Assembly (NCBI GenBank): GCA_028713575.1
Contig: JAQTOB010000014.1
Coordinates: 1 to 9,451 of the forward strand
Source of the DNA: Patescibacteria group bacterium
Lineage (GTDB): Bacteria > Patescibacteriota > Patescibacteriia > UBA2591 > UBA6264
Reading direction: 5' to 3'
DNA: 9,451 nt
Shown here: positions 1 to 5,942 of the stretch, in pieces
Layout: every line of letters starts with the position of its first letter
Numbering within the stretch: position 1 is the stretch's first letter
Translations under genes and position numbers: made by a program
The notes under the pieces: model-generated
What the model saw: the letters and a program-made list of their open reading frames with translations, nothing else
What the model was told of the DNA's origin: nothing
Databases searched by the model: none

Positions 1-19
1 CTCGAAAGACGTACTAGGT

Positions 20-96
20 TGGCTCCGGAGGGCGGACTCGAACCGCCGACACGCTGGTTAACAGCCAGCTGCTCTGACCAACTGAGCTACTCCGGA
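20..96 (-). tRNA. tRNA-Asn (anticodon GTT), 77 nt, CCA encoded
   Basis: The reverse complement folds as a full cloverleaf: TCCGGAG-TA-GCTC-AGTTGGTCA-GAGC-A-GCTGG-CTGTTAA-CCAGC-GTGTC-GGCGG-TTCGAGT-CCGCC-CTCCGGA-G-CCA. The anticodon loop is CTGTTAA, giving GTT. Confidence 0.9.
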
Positions 97-105
97 ATAT
101 TGTTA

Positions 106-351
106 CTATTTTATATTGTTAATATCTAACCACTTTCTTCCTTGACCTGTTTTTAAAAACTTTTCTCTCTTCATTGCCTCCTTTTTGGTTTCAAATAACT
201 CTTTATAGATTAAAATTAATGGCTTATTTTGTTTGGTCCATTTATTACATCCTTTGTTGTGCTCTTTTAATCTTATCTCTGGATCTTTAGATGTATAACC
301 AACGTATCTTTTGGAATTTTTTAAACTTTTTAAAATGTATGTAAAATGCAT
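106..351 (-). CDS. Minimal GIY-YIG (URI-domain, COG2827/UPF0213-like) nuclease, 81 aa
   Basis: ATG at 351 and TAG at 108-106. Motifs are FTYIL...YVGYT (GIY/YIG), RLKEH, and EAMKREKFLKTGQGRKWL (conserved Glu/Lys C-terminal helix). It is a paralog of ORF 5455..5718. The stop codon lies 9 nt from the tRNA-Asn 5' end. Confidence 0.8.
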   Translation of the reverse strand: MHFTYILKSLKNSKRYVGYTSKDPEIRLKEHNKGCNKWTKQNKPLILIYKELFETKKEAMKREKFLKTGQGRKWLDINNIK

Positions 352-366
352 ATTAATTATATATTG

Positions 367-396
367 CCAGCCAGAGGCTGGTCCGCCTTCGGCGGA
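367..396. repeat. Two abutting GC-rich hairpins (ccagcc-aga-ggctgg at 367-381; tccgcc-ttc-ggcgga at 382-396)
   Basis: Each has a perfect 6-bp GC-rich stem and a 3-nt loop, with no spacer between them. They lie directly between the tRNA-Asn 5' fragment and the GIY-YIG ORF. No U-tract follows on the minus strand, so they do not look like terminators. Confidence 0.75.
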
Positions 397-412
397 AGCT
401 ACTCCGGAATAT
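397..412 (-). repeat. 16-nt direct repeat of 85..100, made of 4 nt of leader (ATAT) plus nt 1-12 of tRNA-Asn (TCCGGAGTAGCT)
   Basis: agctactccggaatat occurs identically at 85-100 and 397-412. The flanking bases differ on both sides (84 g vs 396 a; 101 t vs 413 g). Confidence 0.9.
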
Positions 413-429
413 GAATTTTAATAAATTTT

Positions 430-457
430 ATTATACCGCTTTTATTTTTTTTGACAA
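430..457 (-). promoter_or_regulatory. Sigma70-type promoter candidate (TTGTCA-16 nt-TATAAT) upstream of the tRNA-Asn fragment/GIY-YIG/tRNA-Asn unit
   Basis: On the minus strand the -35 TTGTCA is at 457-452, the spacer is 16 nt, and the perfect -10 TATAAT is at 435-430. The predicted start is about 15-20 nt upstream of tRNA fragment position 1 (408). AT-rich DNA gives chance matches. Confidence 0.45.
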
Positions 458-462
458 TGATG

Positions 463-486
463 AAAACGGGTCATTTGACCCGTTTT
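463..486 (-). terminator. Rho-independent terminator candidate (bidirectional hairpin) ending the dnaG-rpoD-small ORF unit
   Basis: aaaacgggtc-attt-gacccgtttt has a 6-bp GC core (467-472/477-482) extended by A/T pairs. A T-run follows the stem on either strand. Confidence 0.6.
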
Positions 487-501
487 AAACTTTTTTAATT
501 C

Positions 502-669
502 TTAATTCCCGAATATCACGCTTATAAAAGAAACGGGAATTATAAAAATTACGTGAACAATGATAATTAAACATACTGTCATTGTTCCTGCTATTAACGC
601 CCCTACGGCGATAATAGTTAAAATTAAAAAAGGAAATAAATAAGTAAAAAAATTAATAATTTTTTCCAT
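502..669 (-). CDS. Small hydrophobic protein, 55 aa, two predicted TM segments (not in the supplied ORF track)
   Basis: Hand translation gives MEKIINFFTYLFPFLILTIIAVGALIAGTMTVCLIIIVHVIFIIPVSFISVIFGN, then TAA at 504-502. ATG at 669 is preceded by AAAGGAGGGAGAAAA, a strong SD. It lies 23 nt downstream of the rpoD stop and is followed by the 463-486 terminator. Confidence 0.5.
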   Translation of the reverse strand: MEKIINFFTYLFPFLILTIIAVGALIAGTMTVCLIIIVHVIFIIPVSFISVIFGN

Positions 670-692
670 TTTTCTCCCTCCTTTTTAATATA

Positions 693-1901
693 TTAATAAT
701 AATCTTTAACTTTTTGAATGCCTTTTTGTTGCCTAATTCTCTCCAGGGCTCGCGCCTCAATTTGCCTGATTCTTTCCCGAGTAACATTAAAAACCCTGCC
801 CACTTCTTCCAATGTATGAGCTACGCCGTCGGTCAGGCCGAACCGAATATCCAAAATTCTCTGTTCTCGTGAAGATAATTCCACAACAATTTCTTTAATG
901 TATTTCCTTAAAAGCATCAAAGCGGCAGCCCGATCGGGCGCAATTGATTTTACGTCCTCAATAAAATCCCTTAATTCCGTGTCCTTGTCATCGTCATCGC
1001 CAACCGTGGTTTCTAAAGAGATAACGTCCTGAGATATTTTCAACAAATATCTGGCTTCATCAACCGGCACGCCCATTTCTCCGGCGATCTCTTCCGGTGC
1101 AGGCTGACGTCCCAATTGCTGTAGCAACCATCGTTCTGCTTGATGAAACTTACCTAAAATTTCCACCACATGAACCGGAATTCTAATAGTTCTTGATTGG
1201 TCGGCCAAAGCTCTAATAATCGCTTGTCTAATCCACCAAGTGGCATAAGTGGAAAATTTATATCCTTTTCGCCAATCATATTTTTCCACAGCCCGAAACA
1301 AACCAATATTTCCCTCCTGAATTAAATCTAAAAAGGTTAAACCATAACCGGAAAATTTCTTAGCAATACTAACTACTAAACGCAAATTGGCTTCAATTAA
1401 TTTTTTAGTTGCCTGCTTGTCATTTTTATCCTTTCTTTTTGCTAATTCTACTTCTTCTTTAGGAGAAATTAAAGGCACCCGGCCAATCTCTTTTAAATAC
1501 ATCTGAATTGAATCGGCAGAAAGCTGGCTCAAATCAAAAAACATCTCTTCGCCCTTACTTTCTTTTTTTGGTTCTTCTAAAAGACTTTCTTTGGATTCTT
1601 CAATTTTAATTCCGATTTTTTCCAAAAAATCCAAAAATTCTTCATAGGCCAAGAGATATTTTTCCACTCTGGGAAAAGCATAAAAAAGTTCGTTTTCAGT
1701 AACAAAGCCCCGCTGCTTCCCTTTTCTTAGTATCTCTTGCGCTTCCTGTTCCGGCCATTTTATTGAAGAAGATTTAATTTTCCCAACATTTTTTGAAATC
1801 CGCCCCTTTTTCTTAAAAAATTTTTTTTTAAAAATTTTCTTTATTTTTTTATTTTTAAACATATTATTAACAATCATTAATCTCTTGAGAAACTTTGACA
1901 A
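693..1901 (-). CDS. rpoD: Primary-type RNA polymerase sigma-70 factor
   Basis: Region 1.1-like: [36 protein letters not shown]. Region 1.2: [15 protein letters not shown]. Regions 2.x: [45 protein letters not shown]. Region 4.2: [24 protein letters not shown]. The start is uncertain: 1901 is TTG, and in-frame ATGs occur at 1877 and 1862. Confidence 0.93.
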   Translation of the reverse strand: MSKFLKRLMIVNNMFKNKKIKKIFKKKFFKKKGRISKNVGKIKSSSIKWPEQEAQEILRKGKQRGFVTENELFYAFPRVEKYLLAYEEFLDFLEKIGIKIEESKESLLEEPKKESKGEEMFFDLSQLSADSIQMYLKEIGRVPLISPKEEVELAKRKDKNDKQATKKLIEANLRLVVSIAKKFSGYGLTFLDLIQEGNIGLFRAVEKYDWRKGYKFSTYATWWIRQAIIRALADQSRTIRIPVHVVEILGKFHQAERWLLQQLGRQPAPEEIAGEMGVPVDEARYLLKISQDVISLETTVGDDDDKDTELRDFIEDVKSIAPDRAAALMLLRKYIKEIVVELSSREQRILDIRFGLTDGVAHTLEEVGRVFNVTRERIRQIEARALERIRQQKGIQKVKDYY

Positions 1902-3654
1902 TCTTCTGACTTATTCTTTCAATTTCTTTTTTGTCTTCGCCCTTTTCCGCCTCCTTTAATTCTTGAATTAATTTTTCCATTCTTTTATTCAGGTATTTCT
2001 TTTTTAAAAGATTAGCTAAGCATTTTAATTCTTTTTCTATCTCTTTTAATTTATAATTCTCAAATTCTTTTTCCGCCAAAAAAACAAGAAAATCAAAATA
2101 GGCCTTTGTTTCTTCGTCTTTCGCTTCTTTTTTTATTTTTTCCAAATTAATTTTTTTATTTTTTATAAAAAAATCTTTCATCTTTCTCGCCGCGGCCTGA
2201 TCGCGCGGGTCTAAAAACATCTCTAAAACAACTTCCTTTAATGTTTTTGCCTGGTCCGGATATTTAAGAATTAGGGCTAAAAATTTTTGTCCGGCTTTTT
2301 GTTCAGCGGAAATTTTTTCTGAAAAAACTTCTTCTGAATCGGAAATTTGTTTTAATTGACTAATATTTCTCAAATTATCCCTTAAAGAAATTTCTGAAAC
2401 ATTTAAATCATTGCTTAATTTTTTTAACCAAAGGTCTTGTTCTACTGAATCGCCCAGTTTGGCGATAATGAGCAAAAGAATTCGGCTAATCTGTTTTTTG
2501 TCTTCTATTTTATTTAAATCCTTATCTTTAAACGCCAAAGAAAAATAGTATTCCATAATAGGCTGGGGCTCTTTAACCGCTTTTTTCCATCCGGATAAAT
2601 CAGTGCGAATAAACTCATCGGGGTCTTTCCCTTTCCTCAGTCGCAACACATTAACATTTAAACTTTGTTGAAGAAGCATATCAATGCTTCTTTGCGTAGC
2701 GGCCTGTCCGGCTAAATCAATATCAAACGCCAAAACAATATTAGAAGTATATCTTTGTAAAATCTTGATTTGGTCATGGGTCAAGGCCGTGCCAGAAGTA
2801 CAAATAACATTCTCATAACCTGCTTGATAGCAAGCTAAAACATCCATATTCCCTTCAACTAAAATAAGAAAATCTTCTTTTTTGGCTTTATTTTTTGCCT
2901 TATTTAAACCGTATAAAATCCTGCTTTTATTATAAATTAAAGTATCTGGGGTGTTAATGTATTTAGGCGATTTTTTTTCATCCTCTGACCCAGGTAAAAT
3001 CCTAGCAGTAAAACCGACAATTTGGTCATGAACATCGGCAATAGGAAAGGTAAGGCGATGGCGAAATCGATCATAAAAGCCGCCTCTATTTGATTTAATA
3101 ATCATGCCTGCGGCTTCAATGTCTTTTTCTTTAAATCCCCTTTTGGTTAAAAACTTTAATAAAGCATCCCATTTGTCAGGGACAAAACCAATTTGAAACT
3201 CATTAATGATTTTTTTATTTAATTTTCTTTCTTTTAATAAATAATTTCTCGCTTTTTCCGCCAATGGAGATTCCCAAAAAACCTTGTGATAAAATTCGGC
3301 CGACCAGCGGCAAATGTCAAATAATTTTGTTTTTTGACTGACGGCCTGAGGATTATAACGGTCAATGGTGACACCCGCTCTTTTGGCCAAAACTCTTAAG
3401 GCTTCAGGAAATTCCATATTCTCCATTTTCATAATAAACTTAAAAATATCTCCTCCTTCGTTGCAAGCACCAAAGCAGTGCCAAATTTGTTTTTCCGGGG
3501 AAATAAAAAAGGACGGGGTTTTCTCCCGATGAAAAGGACAAAGAGCGCGAAAACTATTACCAACTTGTCTTACCTGGACATATTCGGAAATCAAATCAAT
3601 AATATCTATTTTTGATTTTATTTCTTCAATTAAATCCATAAATGAAAACAACAA
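1867..3654 (-). CDS. dnaG: DNA primase
   Basis: CHC2 zinc finger: [34 protein letters not shown] polymerase core and TOPRIM: [17 protein letters not shown]. It is adjacent to rpoD, the classical dnaG-rpoD linkage. The tracked start at 3654 is TTG; ATG at 3639 (MDLIEEIK...) is the more likely start. Confidence 0.93.
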   Translation of the reverse strand: MLFSFMDLIEEIKSKIDIIDLISEYVQVRQVGNSFRALCPFHREKTPSFFISPEKQIWHCFGACNEGGDIFKFIMKMENMEFPEALRVLAKRAGVTIDRYNPQAVSQKTKLFDICRWSAEFYHKVFWESPLAEKARNYLLKERKLNKKIINEFQIGFVPDKWDALLKFLTKRGFKEKDIEAAGMIIKSNRGGFYDRFRHRLTFPIADVHDQIVGFTARILPGSEDEKKSPKYINTPDTLIYNKSRILYGLNKAKNKAKKEDFLILVEGNMDVLACYQAGYENVICTSGTALTHDQIKILQRYTSNIVLAFDIDLAGQAATQRSIDMLLQQSLNVNVLRLRKGKDPDEFIRTDLSGWKKAVKEPQPIMEYYFSLAFKDKDLNKIEDKKQISRILLLIIAKLGDSVEQDLWLKKLSNDLNVSEISLRDNLRNISQLKQISDSEEVFSEKISAEQKAGQKFLALILKYPDQAKTLKEVVLEMFLDPRDQAAARKMKDFFIKNKKINLEKIKKEAKDEETKAYFDFLVFLAEKEFENYKLKEIEKELKCLANLLKKKYLNKRMEKLIQELKEAEKGEDKKEIERISQKIVKVSQEINDC

Positions 3655-3747
3655 AATACTTGAGAAAAATTTTCTCTTTTTAATGTTTGTTTATATTATA
3701 TTATTGATTATTAATTAATATAGCAAATTTTAATTAAAAAATCAAGG

Positions 3748-4281
3748 TCAAAACCGATAAACATAAACCAGTGGTCCGTTTTCCCTGATTCTCTCTTTTT
3801 TTTCCGGCACTAATCCATGAATAGAAAAAACGTAAGAAACCACACGACTGCCGGGTCTAAGTTCTTTTTTAAATTTATCTTTTAATTTTTTTTCCAAAAT
3901 TTTCGGTAAAAGATAGGTATAAACCACATCTGCCTGAGACAAATCTTCCTTAAACATACTTTTGGCTTTAAAAACAACTTCTTTGTTCCCTTTTAAAAAA
4001 GCAATAAATTTAGAATATAAAACAAGAGGCAGAGCCGTTTCCAAACCAATGGCCTTTGCCTTAAATTTTTCCTGAGCAAAAAAGACAACCCGACCGTCTC
4101 CGGAACCGAGTTCATAAAATTTTTCTCCCGGTTTTAATTCCGCAATTTGAAAAATTTTCTCCAAATCTTTTTTTTTGGTCGGCACCCAGGGCGCTACAAA
4201 AAAGCAAGCCAAAAACATGGTGATAAAAACATAAATTAAAAACAAACCGATTAAAACCAATAAATATAAAAATATTTGCAT
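3748..4281 (-). CDS. Membrane-anchored class I (seven-beta-strand) SAM-dependent methyltransferase, 177 aa
   Basis: N-terminal TM helix: IFLYLLVLIGLFLIYVFITMFLACFF. Then PWVPT and SAM motif I: YELGSGDGRVVFFA. Its small size is consistent with a single MTase domain. Confidence 0.75.
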   Translation of the reverse strand: MQIFLYLLVLIGLFLIYVFITMFLACFFVAPWVPTKKKDLEKIFQIAELKPGEKFYELGSGDGRVVFFAQEKFKAKAIGLETALPLVLYSKFIAFLKGNKEVVFKAKSMFKEDLSQADVVYTYLLPKILEKKLKDKFKKELRPGSRVVSYVFSIHGLVPEKKERIRENGPLVYVYRF

Positions 4282-4307
4282 AAAAATAAAAAATTATCTC
4301 TATAAAT

Positions 4308-4841
4308 TTACCAAACGGCGCGATTAATATTCGCATCTACTCTAATTCTTTCTCCAGCTACTATTGTAAATGGCATACAAGCGCATTCTTTACCCGGCGG
4401 ACAACTCCATCTATCACAAACATATAAATCGCTGTTACTGCCAGACAAATTATCATAAATAAACAAACTATAATCTCCAGGCTCCAGCTCTGATTCAAAA
4501 TAACCATTCTCGTCTGTTTTAGCTGAAGAAACCAATAAATCGCTGCTATATTTATTAGCCGGCTTAGTGATAAAGACAGTAGTTTTTAGTCCTTTAGGAC
4601 TACAAGGAGCTCTGCCCGGGTCCGGCATACAATTTCCTTGATATATACCAATATTACCAAAAACTGTTCCTCTTTTTTGAATAAACGTTTCCTGTTCTTC
4701 AGTATTGTTAATTTGAAAAGCACATCCAGTAAAAAAAATTACTAAAAAAAATAATCCTATCCCAATATAATATCTTTTTTTTGTCCCATTTTCCCGGGTT
4801 AAATTCCGAATAGTATTAATTATTTTTTTATTGTTATTCAT
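4308..4841 (-). CDS. Secreted/lipoprotein-like Cys-rich protein with a carboxypeptidase-regulatory-like (prealbumin/beta-sandwich) signature
   Basis: N-terminal TM/signal with the lipobox-like motif FFTGC. TDENGYFESELEPGDYSLFIY is typical of CarboxypepD_reg-type folds. The mature part has six further Cys. Confidence 0.65.
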   Translation of the reverse strand: MNNNKKIINTIRNLTRENGTKKRYYIGIGLFFLVIFFTGCAFQINNTEEQETFIQKRGTVFGNIGIYQGNCMPDPGRAPCSPKGLKTTVFITKPANKYSSDLLVSSAKTDENGYFESELEPGDYSLFIYDNLSGSNSDLYVCDRWSCPPGKECACMPFTIVAGERIRVDANINRAVW

Positions 4842-4930
4842 ATAATTATTGTTTTATTTTATAAAAACATCCGAATACTGTCTTTTCTTTATTATATAAC
4901 AAAAACTGACGCGCCGGATAAAATTCTTCT

Positions 4931-5326
4931 TTATTTAATATTTAAAAGAATGGTTTTTTCATTTATTATTCCATCTTCAACGATAATTTGTTCCGGCTCA
5001 GGCATTCTCAAATTTTTTGGAAATGTATTTTGATTAAAATAAAGAAAATAACTGCCGGGCTTAACGTTAAACTCCGCTACCCCGTTTTGATCGGTAATGA
5101 CCACTCCTCCTGCCGGCGGTTGACCCGGTTGCTGGGCCAAATCAATTTCTAAATTCGGTACCACGACATTATTATTTTCCATTTTTGCCACAACGATAAG
5201 TTGCGCTTCACCACGAATACTGTTTAATTTTTCTGCAGAAAAACTTGAATTAAAAGGAAATATATTTCCCACAATATAGCCAAAAATTAAAGCAAAAATA
5301 AGAATAATCCATATAATATTTTTCAT
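4931..5326 (-). CDS. Secreted/membrane-anchored protein with a carboxypeptidase-regulatory-like beta-sandwich signature, 131 aa
   Basis: N-terminal hydrophobic helix: IIWIILIFALIFGYIVG. TDQNGVAEFNVKPGSYFLYF parallels the motif in the neighbouring ORF 4308..4841. Confidence 0.65.
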   Translation of the reverse strand: MKNIIWIILIFALIFGYIVGNIFPFNSSFSAEKLNSIRGEAQLIVVAKMENNNVVVPNLEIDLAQQPGQPPAGGVVITDQNGVAEFNVKPGSYFLYFNQNTFPKNLRMPEPEQIIVEDGIINEKTILLNIK

Positions 5327-5360
5327 AATTTTATTTAATAAAACAATTGATTAGATTATT

Positions 5361-5450
5361 TGGCGGAGAGGGCGGGATTCGAACCCGCGATACCGTTTCC
5401 GGTATACGTGCTTTCCAGGCACGCCCTTTCGGCCGCTCAGGCACCTCTCC
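5361..5450 (-). tRNA. tRNA-Ser (anticodon GGA), 90 nt, long variable arm, CCA encoded
   Basis: The reverse complement is GGAGAGG-TG-CCTGAGCGGCCGAAAGG-G-CGTGC-CTGGAAA-GCACG-TATACCGGAAACGGTATC-GCGGG-TTCGAAT-CCCGC-CCTCTCC-G-CCA. It has the class II variable arm expected for Ser. Confidence 0.9.
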
Positions 5451-5735
5451 AAAATTACTTTTTGCCAATTTTTTCAAAAAGAACTGATAATTGTTGTTTT
5501 AAAAATCTTTTACCGTCGCTGGTTTTTAAAAACTTTTCACGGCGCAAAGCATCCTGCTTTAAAAAATATGCCTCATAGTGTATTAACTTCAATGGCCTTC
5601 GTTTAATTGTAGACCTAACTTTTCCTTCGCAATGTTCTCTCAGCCGCCTTTTTAAATTTTTTGTGAAGCCTGTGTAGATTTGATTGTTGTTCAGTAATAA
5701 AATATAAATATAATACATTTTATTATGTAAATTAT
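5451..5735 (-). mobile_element. Putative tRNA-Ser-associated GIY-YIG cassette between the truncated and intact tRNA-Ser copies
   Basis: The ORF plus short AT-rich flanks (17 nt upstream, 4 nt downstream) is the only sequence separating tRNA-Ser nt 1-76 (upstream copy) from the intact gene. Mobility is inferred. Confidence 0.4.
5455..5718 (-). CDS. Minimal GIY-YIG (URI-domain, COG2827/UPF0213-like) nuclease, 87 aa
   Basis: ATG at 5718 and TAA at 5457-5455. Motifs are YYIYIL...YTGFT, RLREH and [18 protein letters not shown]. Hand alignment gives roughly 35-40 percent identity to ORF 106..351. The stop codon lies only 4 nt (TTTT) from tRNA-Ser position 1. Confidence 0.8.
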   Translation of the reverse strand: MYYIYILLLNNNQIYTGFTKNLKRRLREHCEGKVRSTIKRRPLKLIHYEAYFLKQDALRREKFLKTSDGKRFLKQQLSVLFEKIGKK

Positions 5736-5740
5736 GGATT

Positions 5741-5827
5741 CGCCCCGAGATGAACTCGGGGCGCTACGGGTTAATCCCGTGTTAGCGCCCCGAGATGAAC
5801 TCGGGGCGCTACGGGTTAATCCCGTAG
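5741..5827. repeat. Tandem 45/42-nt repeat, each unit carrying two hairpins (cgccccgag-atgaa-ctcggggcg and ctacggg-ttaat-cccgtag), inserted in the T-loop of the truncated tRNA-Ser
   Basis: Unit 1 is 5741-5785 and unit 2 is 5786-5827. They differ only by 3 extra nt (cccgtGTTag vs cccgtag). The stems are 9 bp and 7 bp and perfect. GC is about 64 percent against an AT-rich background. Confidence 0.9.
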
Positions 5828-5882
5828 CGAACCCGCGATACCGTTTCCGGTATACGTGCTTTCCAGGCACGCCCTTTCGGCC

Positions 5883-5922
5883 CCTGCCTGCCGGCAGGCA
5901 GGCCTGCCTGCCGGCAGGCAGG
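5883..5922. repeat. Two tandem copies of the 20-nt perfect palindrome cctgcctgccggcaggcagg, inserted in the D-loop of the truncated tRNA-Ser
   Basis: 5883-5902 and 5903-5922 are identical. Each is its own reverse complement and 80 percent GC. The insertion lies exactly between tRNA nt 16 and 17 by comparison with the intact gene. Confidence 0.92.
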
Positions 5923-5942
5923 GCTCAGGCACCTCTCCACAC

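Larger units (their letters stand above)
97..396 (-). mobile_element. Putative tRNA-Asn-associated GIY-YIG cassette (hairpins + ORF) bounded by the 16-nt direct repeats
   Basis: Direct repeats at 85-100 and 397-412 flank the hairpin pair and the GIY-YIG ORF. The same layout recurs at tRNA-Ser. Mobility is inferred, not shown. Confidence 0.4.
5736..5938 (-). pseudogene. Truncated tRNA-Ser(GGA) copy (nt 1-76 of 90) interrupted by two hairpin-repeat insertions
   Basis: Segments 5938-5923 (nt 1-16), 5882-5830 (nt 17-69) and 5742-5736 (nt 70-76, with a 2-nt CG junction ambiguity) match the intact gene at every position. Nt 77-90 (3' T-stem strand, 3' acceptor strand, CCA) are absent. Confidence 0.88.

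Noticed and set aside
367-396. The twin hairpins acting as an intrinsic terminator or attenuator upstream of the GIY-YIG ORF
   Set aside because: On the transcribed (minus) strand the stems are followed by CAATATATAA rather than a U-tract. The same holds for the Ser-locus hairpins.
3655-3747. A promoter for dnaG (TTGATT-17-TATATT at 3745-3717) and absence of rpsU upstream of dnaG
   Set aside because: The hexamer match is plausible but indistinguishable from chance in this AT-rich spacer. Absence of rpsU is merely a deviation from the E. coli operon model, not evidence of anything unusual.
4112-4336. A minus-strand 74-aa ORF overlapping the methyltransferase N-terminus
   Set aside because: It is an alternative frame of a better-supported CDS. 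It has a low-complexity hydrophobic/aromatic composition and no independent signals.
5360-5578. A plus-strand 72-aa ORF
   Set aside because: It runs antisense across the intact tRNA-Ser gene and the 3' end of the GIY-YIG ORF. Both are much better supported.
5741-5922. A possible mini CRISPR array, given the palindromic direct repeats
   Set aside because: The repeat units are directly adjacent with no spacers. There are only two copies of each. They are embedded in a tRNA fragment, and there are no cas genes in the window.
5361-5938. A group I intron or intron-encoded homing endonuclease interrupting a tRNA gene
   Set aside because: The downstream tRNA-Ser copy is continuous, with an intact anticodon loop. 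The interrupted copy lacks its 3' end altogether. I could not recognise group I core pairings. The arrangement is a duplication, not exon-intron-exon.
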